A DNA stretch of 64,000 nucleotides, taken from the NCBI RefSeq assembly GCF_009914755.1, contig NC_060948.1. One strand, 5' to 3'. Every line of letters begins with the position of its first letter. The first letter of the stretch is position 1. The translations under genes were made by a program, and so were the position numbers. Under the pieces are notes generated by a model, which saw only the letters and a list, made by a program, of their open reading frames with translations, was not told the DNA's origin and did not search any database. The stretch is from the human T2T-CHM13v2.0 reference genome, Homo sapiens. Shown here piece after piece: positions 19,879 through 34,235 of this stretch.

Positions 19879-20193
19879 GGCCAGGCACAGTGGCTTTCTG
19901 CCTGTAATGCCAGCACTTTGGGAGGCTGAAACGGGTGGATCACCTGAGGTCAGGAGTTTGAAACCACCCTGGCCAAACATGCTGAAACCCCATCTCTACT
20001 AAAAAAAAAAAAAATACGAAAAAAAATTAGCTGGGCTTGGTGGCGGGCACCTGTAATCCCAGCTACTCAGGAGACTGAGACGAGAATTGCTTGGAACCTG
20101 GAAAGTGGAGGTTGCAGTGAGCCAAGATTGCGCCTGCGCCAGTGCACTCCAGCCTGGGCAAAAAGAGTGAGACTCCGTCTCAAAAAAAAAAAA
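19879..20193 (+). mobile_element. Alu (S-like), sense
   Basis: GGCCAGGCACAGTGGCT...GAGACTCCGTCTCAAAAA. Confidence 0.9.
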
Positions 20194-22044
20194 TTTTGAG
20201 GAAAGCTAAATAGAAGTTAAAAGCATTACAGTGATATCAAAGAAATGTGTATAACACGCCATATTAATGTTTTCTGAGTATTTTGATATGGAAGAAAGTT
20301 GGACCATGGAAAATCAGGATAAAAGTTTTATAATACGGTGCAAAGTAGCTTGAGATTTTATTTCTATAGATGAAATAAACATTATGAATTTGTTTCATCT
20401 TTCAAAAATCAGATGTAATTGTAATCCTGTGTACTAATTATTTGAATGAACAGAATGAATTAAATGGTGGATTCTGTTTTGGCTGACAAAATTGTGTGAT
20501 AGTACAGTAATGGTATTTTCATTGAAACGCACTGCATGATAATAAAGAAAATATATTCAAGGGCTTTGTCAGTTTTCTAAGAGCTGTTGCAGGTCTTGAT
20601 ATTCACATAATTCTCCTTTGGAAAAAAATAGCTTCCGAGCTTACAGTTGTGTTTTTCTTTCTACAGTTATAATTTCTTTCTACAGTTATAAAGGGAGATC
20701 TATGTTTAAGCCAATGGCCATGACTGTGATTGAACATTTTTTTTTCACATTCACCAGTTTTTTATACATATATTGTAGGATTTACATTTTTCATCTTACA
20801 ACATAATTGCTTTGTAATTACTTTGTATTGTCATCATGTTGCTGTATTTGCCATTCAGACTGATTAACAAAGACAATGTGTTGAGTGGGAAGCAGTTACA
20901 GTTTATAAAGGGAGGAGTGTTTGCATTTTTTAGTTGAGTAATCTCCAGTTTTTCTTATTCACGTATCTTGTTAAACTATTACTTGTTTTTAAACATACAA
21001 GGTAGACATTTAAAGGATGAGATGTTACAATATATAAAAACAAAAGTTTTGATTTTTGTCTTTTTACATCCATTCCCTAAATGTGTGCAAGTACTACTTT
21101 AGAGACTAGTAAGTAACATGCTAAATATGTTCATTCTTAGGACTTTTGTTTTCCTCTGCAACCATAAAACTCTTGAGACTAAGATAATGAACATTCAGAT
21201 AAGTTAAAGTAGACTAAATGAAGATATTGTGAAACAACTGAAACTAGAGAATAAGGAATTAAAAGATTAAAAAATAAGTAGTTGAAATTTACATGAGGAA
21301 TAAAATGGAATGAAGTCACAGATTATGATACGGAGTACTGAGACAAACAATAGACTTGGTGGTTTGACACCATAAATGAAAGATCTTCTTTTGCCATAGT
21401 GTGTCATTGAGCAGCCTTCTTAGCATTTTAAGCTTCAATTTCCTTAATTGGAAAATAGGGTTGGTCATACCTACTACTTTTGGTGAATTAAATAGTTGGT
21501 TTATACAAAGGGCTTAACAGATTTTTGCATCTAACAAATTATGCCACCTTTTAAAAATGGGTGAAGTTAGAATAAATTAAAACAAACATGGATACAAGTT
21601 AAAAAGACTAACATTTGACTTTTATTTCTGACTTTATTAAAGAAGCCTATAGCAGGCTAACATCCAGTGCTTTGAAGTAAATGTAATGAAACAATCTTTC
21701 TCACATATTCATATATTAAATCTAAGAGGACCTAAATTAAAGAATAGATATGGAGTAGAAAAGTTAATATTTTAAAGATGCTATTTCTTTTCAGATTGAT
21801 CAGTGTAGATTGATGCAGTTCCAATCAAAATCTGATGGGGTTGCTTAAAAAATTTAAATATATGATGGATAAATAGAAGTATAACAATAGATCACATAAC
21901 ATTATCAACACGCATAACATCACATCAGTGAGATGAAACTTGATAGAGAGATGTATGAAATGCACAAGCAGACTTTCCAGAAAAAACACATTGGATATAA
22001 ATGTTTGTTTGTTTTCAGTAAGGGGGTTAGAAGTTATTATTACT

Positions 22045-23515
<1,471 letters not shown>

Positions 23516-25046
23516 ATTATTTTTCAGAGTGGATCCTCTGGATCATTCTGCTTATTTGTCTTCCAATTCAGCTGATCTCTAAGCTTGGTTCTTACTACAA
23601 AGGCATGGGAAATTACTGTGAAATCATGGGAACTTATTTTTCACCTTATCAAAATTGTGTTAATATTATTACCATTAAGAGCATGGTTTTGTTCTGGTTG
23701 TAGGAAGAAATTGGCATTTGTAACCCAAGAAAGCTTACTAACGTAAAGGTGTGGTCATCTTTACAGTGAAGTGCAAAAGAACCTCTTGTGCCTCTGTCAG
23801 TTTTCGCCGTGATAAAATAGGACAATAATCAGTCAAATGTGTTGTTGAAGAATGATTGCTCACTATAGTGAAGATTGGATTGGTGGTCAGCCCTTATCAT
23901 AGGCTCAAGTACATAGTAGGGATATGTATATGACGTAAAATTATACTTAACCCTCTTTCATTCAAGATTTTGAGTTTGTAGGTGTTGTGCTGAATAGAGT
24001 CCTAGAATGTAGCAGTTCGTGGTTGGTTTCTCACTTGTTTGAGCTCTTTTCTCTTTATTGCCTGTTTCAGAATGATTAAACCAGAATTTAGCTATCTGTG
24101 GCACAGATGTTTGGTTACATACATGAGACACTAGCACTATGTCCCTAGGTCACTGATAGTGACATTTTCCTGCATTTATAAATATTTGTAAATATTAGCA
24201 GTTATTGACCCTGCTAATGACAGTTGACTAGGTATAGCTCCACTTTTTCAAGACCTCACCTCCTAGAAAATTCTAGGATGTTGAGTGCCAGGGTAAAAAC
24301 ATAAAGATCGTTTGAAGAATGACATGCTGTCCAGCTAGGTTGCAAAGTTGAGTAATAACAGTAAATAAGTCATGTGGTAGCTTGGGTTAATAATGTGGAG
24401 GTCACTGAATATTGGAGACTGCTTCTTGGTAAGGGAGTGATCAAAGCAGTGCTTCAAGAAGATTCATCTGGCTACAGATTGTAGGAATGCCTTGTTAGTT
24501 GGCATTACAAGACCCCCTTCTTATAATAGGTTTCCTAGTCATTTGTTTTGGAAGTGTTACAAAGGCCATTTCAGAAACTATTTTCATTTCTAGGGATCAG
24601 AAAATAGGAAGCTTAGAGTGATTGGTGATAATGGGAATACAAGCAGGGCAAACATAACAGAGAAATTGTGGAGAAGAAATTGACAAGATCTGAGAAACCA
24701 ACTGTCAGGGAAGGAGGAAAAGGCCATAGTGATTGTGCCAGGAAAAATCTGGGTTTTAATTTTTGAAGATGTTCAGTAAACGGTCTGATGGAAATTTTAG
24801 GTCCTTCTCAGCGTGTGGATTTTGGGGATCATCTTCACGTAAGTCGTCATTAAAAACTGTGGAAATAAATGAGAAAGTAGTAGAGAGGAAAGCTGAATGT
24901 GAAACCTTGGACAAGACTATAGTAGCCATCGGTTAAGAAGGTGAGAAGAGAACTAAGATATCATATAAACAAAGAGGTAGGAGGGAGTTTCAAAATTAAA
25001 GAAACTGATCATCTATCAGACTCTAACAGACAGGTAAGGAAGATGA

Positions 25047-25392
<346 letters not shown>

Positions 25393-25879
25393 CAAGTTGA
25401 TCTTTTATTAGAACTAATGAAATTGCTGTTTTTAGGAAAATTGGAAGGTCACTTCAATAATCCAACAAATCACATTTATTCCATCATTCATTGCCTTAAT
25501 TTCATGTGGTTTTCTTTAATTATGCAGAGAAGATTAGTTTGCATTTATAATTTTATAATTACATTTTTTTAAGAGGGGAAAAATTAATGAAGCCAGAGAT
25601 TGTTTGGGTAGAGGGAGCAGTGACAGCTTATTTAGAGCAGGTGCCCTTTTTCTTTTTCTGTGGTTGACAAAATATTAGTGTAGTCATCATGGCCTTTTTA
25701 TTTGAAGCAGTTTGAATGTCATAAAACACACTTTCTTTAAATTGAGTAGATCTGTTTCAGAGAAACACTTTGGAAATCCATTGGTTTCTCACTTGCATAT
25801 TGCCTTATCATATAGTTTAATATTTGAAAATTGACACACATAAGTGACCATAGCATGTGCTAAAAATACAGTAAGGGAG

Positions 25880-26865
25880 CTGGACATAGTGGCATGTGTC
25901 ATTAGTCCTAGCTGCTTGGGAGGCTGAAGTAAGAGGATTACTTGAGCCTAGGAGTTGGAGGCTGCAGTGAGCCATGATCATGCCACTGCACTCCAGTCTG
26001 GGTGACAGGGTGAGACCCTGTCTCTGAGGGGAGAGAATGGGGAGGGCTTTTAAGCTACACAGAAATCTGAGGAGTGCTTATAATTATTAGGAATTTTGAG
26101 TTTTTTACCATTTTGTTAATTTACTGTAGAAAGACTGGAGACTATGTTAAATATAGAGATGTAATACAGTCTTGCAGCAAAAACCTACAGAATGTGTTAA
26201 AGTTGAGAGTTAATCATGGGTGCCAGACACAATAACATTCCTGTAATCCCAGTACTTTGTGAGGCTGAGGTGGGAGGATTGCTCAAGCTCAGGACTTTGA
26301 CACCAGCCTGGGCAACATAGTTAGACCTTGTCTATACAAAAAGATACTTTAAAAATTAGCCAGGTTTGGTGACACATACTTGTAGTCCCAAGTAGTTGGG
26401 CTGAGGGGTGAGCATTGCTTGAGCCTGAGAAGTTGAGGCTGCAGTGAACTGTGCCACTTACAGTTTAGCCTGTATGACAGAGCCAGAGGCCCTGTTTACA
26501 AAAAAAAAAAAAAAAATCATGGGGGTTACTGATAGAAGGCAAGAGGGAGTCATCTGGTGTGTAAGAAATGTTCTGTTATCTTAATATAAATAATGCAAGT
26601 ACCAGTTAACACTTACGTACTTAACATAAATAATGCAAATTCCAGTTAACACTTAGGTAAAAATTTGTTATGCTAAATACTTAAGCATTGTGAATTTTAT
26701 ATAAGATGATAATTGAACTTTTTAAAAAATCTAAACAAGCCAGATATGGCGGCCTGTAGTCCCACCCACTCAGTAGGCTGAGGGAGGAAGAATTACTTGA
26801 GCCCTGGAATACTAAGCTAGTGTGAGGAACATAGCAAGACCCAAAATCTTTAAAAAACAAAAAAA
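25880..26865 (+). mobile_element. Sense AluJ/FRAM elements (about 25880-26025, 26215-26515, 26740-26865) just upstream of the first coding exon
   Basis: GGAGGATTGCTCAAGCTCAGGA, GAGGCTGCAGTGAGCCATGATC and similar motifs. Confidence 0.85.
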
Positions 26866-27099
26866 CAGAAACACTGTCAATCTGATTTGATCTACCTGCC
26901 CTTTCCTGTCTTGTTGCAGCCCATGTATCCCTGGAAATCAATTTGTTCCCTTTAATTTTACATTGATAGCTTAGTAAAAAATAATTTGAGCATTTCAGAA
27001 ATGTGAATATCATGACATTTTAATATGTGATATAAAAATTAATGTTTGGTATACTTTATTCCCTGGTTTAGGAGCTGTGACTAATGAGAATTAAAGGCC

Positions 27100-27160
27100 A
27101 TGGATGAAGATGAATTTGAATTGCAGCCACAAGAGCCAAACTCATTTTTTGATGGAATAG
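27100..27160 (+). CDS. ZFY: ZFY coding exon 1 (exon spans 27072-27160; ATG at 27100): MDEDEFELQPQEPNSFFDGI-
   Basis: Acceptor TTTAG|GAG, strong Kozak GCCATGG, donor ATAG|GTATTA; phase 1. Confidence 0.95.
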
Positions 27161-27566
27161 GTATTACTATTTATTGGGTTGTTTCACTTCCCATCTGCCA
27201 GATTTTGAATTACTTACCAAAATTGCAGAATCTGATGTTAATCCATATTTAGGTACTTAGGTCCATACTTAGGTCCTGTCAGAATCTCATAGCCAACTCA
27301 TAATCTTGTTAGTTAAGCCATCAATATCAAAATCTTACTGTTACCCTTCAGTTATTCCAGTTTTTCCAGTTATGCAACTAAAGCCTGCTAGTTCTCCCTT
27401 TGAAATGTTTTCTGTTTGTGCTAGTTTTCTATTTTTCTATTGGTACATTTCAGCAAATTTACTAATCTAAAACAGGACAAATTTATCTCAGAGTTCTATA
27501 GGTCAGAAATGTGGCTCAATTGAGTTCTGCGTGTAGAATTATACAAGGTTAAAATTAAGATGTTGG

Positions 27567-27865
27567 CCAGGTGTGGTGGCTCACATCTGTAATCTCATTG
27601 CTTTGGAAGGCTCAATTGTGAGGATTGCTTGAGATCAGGAATTGGAGACCATCGTGGGTGGTGGACAACCCAATGGAAACCTGTGTCTACAGAAAAAAAA
27701 ATTTTTTTTTAATTAGCTGAGCATGGTGGTGCATATCTCTAGTTCTAGCTGCTCTGGAGGCTGAGGTAGGAGGATTGTTTTACCAGAAGTTAAAGGCTGT
27801 GGTGAGCTATAATGGCACAGCTGTACCCCAGCCTGGGTAACAGAACAAGACAGTGTCTCAAAAAA

Positions 27866-27908
<43 letters not shown>

Positions 27909-27910
27909 AA
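27567..27910 (+). mobile_element. AluJ-like element with (AAAT)n tail (about 27863-27910)
   Basis: GGCCAGGTGTGGTGGCTCACATCTGTAATC... followed by a tetranucleotide tail. Confidence 0.9.
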
Positions 27911-29094
27911 TAAGCTATCTGCAGGGCTGGAGGCTCTTGACTTCGAAGAATATCCATACTTTTAGCCAAATTTAGTTTCTTTTTGTTGCACAATGGAGAT
28001 ACTGTTGTTCCCTACAGTTCATCATCCAGGGCCATTTTTTGCTTTCAGAGCCTGCCCACATTTCTTCTCATGCTTTGCATGGTGGTTTCCTGAAGCAGCA
28101 GTGAGTGGAGTCCATCTTATGTTTTTAGTCTTTCTGATCTTCCCCTCTATCACATCCGTCTTCTTGAATCTAGCCAGAAAACTATTCAGTTTAAGAGCTC
28201 ACATGATTAGATTTGATGCACCAGGGTAATCCAAGATAATTGCCCAATTTTAAGTTCATAATCTTAATTATACCTGAAAAATTTCTTTTGCCATATCAAG
28301 TAACATATTTTCAAGATTTATAAGGATTAGTTTATGGACATCTTTGTGAAAGGACCATTCTCCCTGCCACCATCTTCACCCCGGTTCTCAAATATGTCTC
28401 TGGCAAATGTAAAATAACATCCACCCTCTCTTAAAGTTCCCAGTCCAAAAAAAAAAAATCTTACCTGAAATTAATCAGCTCAGAAGTCCTAAGTATCATT
28501 TAAATCAGATGCTTATTCTCTGGGTATCAGTCATTAAGTGCAACTCCTGGGACATAATTCCTCTTTATCTGCTTCCCAAAGTACAGTGGTAGGACAGTTT
28601 GGGATATTCTGGTTCAAACAGGGTGACATGAAAGGTAAGAGAAATTTGTCTGAAGAAATTTTGAAATGCAGCTGGACAAACTCCCATTAGGTTTCAAGAC
28701 CTGGGAATAATCCTTTTTGGCCTGTGGCTCCGCCCTTTGAGTCTTCCTTGCCATTTTTTTCAAAGATAGCAGGTATTTGCAGCTGAATAGTTTTATTTCC
28801 TGCTTCCTGCCTCTGGAATTCTGTCAGTCCAACTGTCTTCATTATATTGATTCTGTGTCCCTTTCCGTTTAAGCTAGCAGTGCTTCTTTTGAAAAAAATT
28901 TTGCGTGTGTCATGGGGATTTATTGTATTAGGCAAGAGGCTAATATATTTTTTTTCTGAGATTATCCCATGTCTGTTTTTGACTTCTGCTAAAATGGTTG
29001 AAGTCCAATATCCTTAGATTTCTTAGAGGTGTTGGGTATGTGTAAGTCACACTTTTACTTGCTTGAAAAAGACTTAATTCTCTGGCCTTTTGAT

Positions 29095-29260
29095 CTTTCC
29101 CTTTCCTTTCCCTCCACTTCCTTTCCTTTTTCTTTTTACCTTACCTTACCTTACTTTACTTTACCTTACCTTACCTTTCCTTACCCCTTGCCTTTTCTTT
29201 TTCTTTCCTCTTTCTTTTTCTTTCACCTTGGCTTTTCCCTTTCTTTCCTTTTTCCTTAAC
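29095..29260. repeat. Pyrimidine-rich (CCTTT)/(CCTTA)n low-complexity repeat
   Basis: Read directly from the sequence. Confidence 0.85.
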
Positions 29261-29369
29261 TTTTACTTTTCTTGTTTAATGATCGGGTGCCTGAAGGAAT
29301 CTTTTGTTTTTTCTGAGGGTTCATGGAATAGTTGAGAATCACATACTGTTTTTTTCTCTCTCTCTAAAT

Positions 29370-29808
29370 CAGCGTTCCCCACCTTTTTGAGTACCAGGGA
29401 CTGGTTTCATGGAAGACAATTTTTCCAGAGACCTGGGAGTAGTGGGGTTCGGGGGATAGTTACTAGATGAATGAAGTGCATTACATTTATTGTGCACTTC
29501 ATTTGTATTATTATTATGTGTAATATATAATGAAACAATTATACAGTTCACCATAATTTAGAATCAGTGGGAGCCCTGAGCTTGTTTTCCTGAAACTATG
29601 CCATCCCATCTGGGGGTAGGAGACAGATCATCAGGCATTAGATTCTTATAAGGAACATGCAACCTAGATCCCTCACGTGTGCAGTTTACAGTACGGTTTG
29701 CATTCCTATGAGAATGTAATGTTGCTTCTGACCTGACAGGAGGCGAGAGCTCAGGCAGTGATGCCGGTGATGGGAAGTGGCTGTAAATACAGATGAGGCT
29801 TTGCTCTG
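29370..29808. mobile_element. MER1-type hAT-Charlie DNA transposon
   Basis: CAGCGTTCCCCACCTTTTTGAGTACCAGGGACTGGTTTCATGGAAGACAATTTTTCCA...CAACCTAGATCCCTCACGTG...GGCTGTAAATACAGATGA. Confidence 0.85.
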
Positions 29809-30327
29809 ACAAGGAATCTCCTTAATTTAACCTCCCCTTTCACCCCCACCCCCCCCCGCCCCCAAGATGGACAGAAAACTTCTGATTTTGTCATGTTTTG
29901 CTATCTTTTTGTTTAATAAATATTCCAACTATTCATTTTTCTCACTGAATTTTACTCTAAGCATTAAGTAGAAACAAGACCACTTGTCCAACACTTTGCT
30001 GAAATCTTCTGAGCTAAAGAGTTGATTTTTACAAGTTGTTTTTTCCACATAACCAAGGGAGACAATTTTGCTAAGTGGTTTGTCTTCAAGTTGTGCTTTC
30101 CACATAACCCAGGGAGACAGTTTTGCTAAGTGGTCTGTCTTTTTATGTAACAAAGCTCTTCTTTCCTTCAGATAGAAACTCACTTTTAAGCCCTTACAAG
30201 CAGTGTTACAAAACTCCAGATTTCTACTAGCAGTCATACATGACGTAGGTATTCTCTGAGTCCATGTAGGATTTCTCTACCTTGATCCCTTCTCCCTCTG
30301 GATTCTCACTGGCAGAGTTGTTACTGG

Positions 30328-30626
30328 TTTTTTTTTTTTGTTTTTGAGATAGGGTCTCACTGTGTCACCAGGGCTGAAGGGCAGTGACATGATTATGGCT
30401 CCTCACTGCAGCCTCAACCTTCTGGGCTCAAGTGATCCACCCGCCTCAGCCTCCTGAGTAGCTGGAACTACAGGCACACACCACCATGCCTGGGGAATTT
30501 TTTAAAATAGAGATGAGGTTTTGCTGTACTGCTCAGGCTGATCTTGAATTCCTGAGCTCAGGCTATCCTCCCACCTCAGCCTCCCAAAGTGTTGCGATTA
30601 CAGGCATGAGCCACTGTGCCCGGCCT
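30328..30626 (-). mobile_element. AluJ-like, antisense
   Basis: Alu consensus motifs. Confidence 0.9.
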
Positions 30627-32449
30627 GTTATTTTTAACATTCATGTTTTTACTTATTGGTTTATTTAAGGAAATCTAGGCTTTTTTCCACTCAACAGAAT
30701 CTAAGCTTTTCATTCTGTAAAAATAATTTTTTTTTTCATTTTCCTAAGAGCTGGAATTTCTCTTTATTCTTGTAAGAAATTTTACAGCTGGCACCTATCC
30801 AAGTGCAAAGCCACTTTACGTTTTTAGGTATTTGTATAAGCAGCTCTCCACTTCTCGACACCAAAATCTGAAATTATTTCTGTTACTGCAATGAAAATTA
30901 CCACAAACTCAGCAGTTCAAAACAAATTTATTGTCTCACAGTTTCTGTAGGTCAGAATTCTATCATGGTGCAGCTAGTTTCATAAGGTATTGCCAGAGGT
31001 TTGTTCCTTTCTGGTGAATCCAGTTTCATTGTTCTCTGGATGCACCCAATTTGAGGTTATTCAGGTCATTGGTTGAATGCAGTTCGTTGTAGCTATAGGA
31101 CTGAAGTCCCCATTTATGTGCTGGTTGTGAGCTAACAGGCTAGTCTTTGCTCCTTTTGACAAAATCTGTGTTGTTTCTTATGCTTTCCATGTGGCCACTG
31201 TAGGCAAGGCTAATTCGATCTCTCTCATACATAAAATCTTTTCAATTTATGATTCTGCTTCAACTTTCCAACTCCAGACATAAAAAGCCCTCTGCTTTTA
31301 AGTTTTATCTGAGCGGATTGTGCTTAACAAATTATTCTTAAAGTTCATGACCTTAATTTTACCTGCACTGCCCATGTGGTATATAAGTCATAACATAATA
31401 TATTCATAAGTTCTAGTGATTAGAGAATAAACATCTTGGGGATTTGGTTGGTGGGGCATATGGTGGGGTGTAGATTGTCTGGGGTGCTGAGAGAAGTCTG
31501 CTTATGACACAGCTTTTTCTTCATGCTAGTTCCTAGGGCCATATAGGCCCTATTATCTCATTCTTAACTGATAATATTAAGACTCTTTTTTCACTCTTGG
31601 TTTCTTTCTTTCACCTACCCTAGTGGTAGAATATTCAGTCCCGAAAAACATGTGGATCATACCTTTCTACTGCCCAGGAAATAAACTATAAATCCCAGGT
31701 CCTCTGGAATTGATTCTGTTCGAACTTTTGTAACCCTTTCACATGTTCACAAAAGGAGCCTCTATATCATGCAGATGCATCCTTACCTCATTTCCAAAAC
31801 TGCAAAAAGAAAATTATACCTAAACAAGAGGGGGAAAAAAGTATTCTCAATTTCAGATTGGTCATGGTTCTAAATACATAATGCTATAATTAAACTAGAT
31901 TTTATTTTTCTGTTTCATACTCTAAGTTAAAATTTTAATGATTGTATTAACTGAATTTTAAATGAACATTGCCATATATTAGCAATAGTAATTAACTTTA
32001 CCAAGAAACGTAAGGAATTTTAAATATACCTTCTAAATTTTGTGTGTGTGCGTATATTTGCTAAGCAATTTAGGATATTCTTTTGACTCACCGTTAAGTA
32101 CTTTCAGGTTGTTAATGGTAAATGCAGACCTATAATTCTTTCTTTCTCTGGAACATAGTGAAATATAATTACTTTGGGAGGCCACAGCAAGAGGGTTGCT
32201 TGTGGCCAGGTTTTTAACACCAGTCTGCACCACCCTTTCAGATTTTTTGTTTGAAAGAGAGACTAAGTTCTTAGGGAAAACTCAGTATTTTTTAGTGTAA
32301 TCTTGCCACAATCAAGCCTGAGTCAGGGCTAAATGGTAGATTGAAGGGCTATTGCATTTTAGCCTTGATTGTTAACACTTGAAATGGTATTTTTTTTAAA
32401 TTTGAGGAAGTCATGTAATCTGCCCAAGCTCCCATTTTCATATGCATGA

Positions 32450-32650
32450 TAATAATGAAACATCTGATTACATTTTTTTCAGGACACTTACCATGCATTC
32501 GCATTTGGTCACTATAGTCCTGTGAGGTGCGCATGACAGATACTACTGACATCATTTTACTGTTGAGGAAACTGAACTCAGAGGTTAGATGACTTGGTCC
32601 AAGGTCACAAAACTATTAAGTATCTACACTTTGCCCTCTGATTTAGACCA
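32450..32650. mobile_element. MIR
   Basis: MIR core ATTTTACTGTTGAGGAAACTGAACTCAGAGGTTAGATGACTTGGTCCAAGGTCACA. Confidence 0.75.
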
Positions 32651-34235
32651 TTATAACCAGTGCTGTTGCCACTAAATGCTATCAAATTTATATCTGTGCA
32701 ATGGGGATTACACTGTTCTATTGCTGTCTATTATTATGAACATAGAAGACAAATGAGTAGAAAACATTTTGTAGAAGATGTATAAAAATAAAAGCAAACA
32801 TTCTTTCAACATATAAGTTAAGTAGGTTTTAACTACTTTAAAGACTTCCTGCAACATCTATTGTTGGTTTGCCCTTGGTGATCATTTTTGTTGAAGAAGC
32901 TGTGTGTTTATTTGAGGGCTTTGCCACAGGTACACAATCACCGAGTTGTGCACCCACTTGGACTCAGCTTACTCTGAGTTACAATCAGAAACACTAATCA
33001 GATAAATAGCCTTTTTTTCCTTTCCTTTTCTTTTTTTTTTTTTTTTTAAGAAAAATCCGGTGAGGTAGTGAGAGTGCAGAAGGAAAAAGAGAAATCTTAA
33101 CTGCTTGTGATACGTGAATAGCTTTTAATAGTCATCCATGTTTGCTTTTCTCTATGCACTAGTAGCCATAATGCCTGATTTGTTTCATATTAGGTTATAT
33201 TTTTGTTAAAGTTGTATGAATTCTCTTCCTATTTGTGGTGTTCATTTAGAATAATATTTACTGAGCATGATGTGCTGTGCAAGTTGTGTGATCTTGGTTA
33301 AGTCATTTGATCTCAGTGGGCTTTAACTGGCTCTCACCCTTCTACCTTCATTGCTTAACTGCACCCAGCACTAGAAAATGCTTTTATATATTCTGAGGAA
33401 CTACCTTGGGATTTGGGGTTAGTGGGAACAGGAGGAGGATAGATGGAGGTGGAATACCCTGGCAAAATTAGGGCAGGCCCCACTCCAACCACCCCCACCC
33501 TTCACCACCCAGCCCAGCCCATTTTATCTATCTATAGAAACCTCTAAACCTAATGTCTTTCCTCTTTTTATTCCTCTTTTAATTTCTACCCTGATTCTTT
33601 TGTCTTAGATTCAAAGAATTACTTTCTAATTACCAAAGTTATAGTGGATATTGATGGGATATTGCACCAGGACAAAGTGGGAAGATTATAAGGGCTGAAA
33701 GAGAAAAAAGAAAGGGTAAAAACGAGATATGTAGGTATAATGAAAAAAAAAAAAGTAATGTGTTAAGAAAGGAGATGATGAAAGAAGGAAGAGAAATGAA
33801 TGAAACATGTAATGAAGAAATAGTATATTTGTTTTCTGAATTTGTTGTTTAACTTATATAAAAATCTCAAGATTTTATTTTAGTGGGGTGAGAAATTTTT
33901 TATCTTGATGTTTTAAAAGTATTTCACAAATAGTTTTTTTCTGTCATTGCCCCAAGGTTTTTTTTATTTTTCTTTTCTTGTTAGTTGATTTTATATTTCT
34001 TTTTTACTTTTGTATTTCTTTTCTTGTTAGTTGATTAGGGTTGAGTAAAATAAATTTTTATGTTAAAAATTTGTTTGTTAAGTGAATCAAAAGTGGATTC
34101 ATTCTCTTATTTATTGTCTCAATGTTTGAGGAACACCAAGGACATAGTCTGTTTTCCCAGAAGAAATTAAATAAAAACTATATTTAGTCATGTATACTTA
34201 CCTGAGATTTGTCATTTTAATTTTTATTCTTTAAG

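Larger units (their letters stand above)
27417..31511 (-). mobile_element. MLT1-type MaLR element with LTR-internal-LTR structure and nested Alus and MER1
   Basis: Similar LTRs at about 27417-28372 and 30869-31511 (AAATTTAT..CTCA.AGTT.CT.TAGGTCAGAA). The MaLR internal-start motif GATTTTGGTGTCGAGAAGTGG is on the - strand at 30848-30868. Confidence 0.6.
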
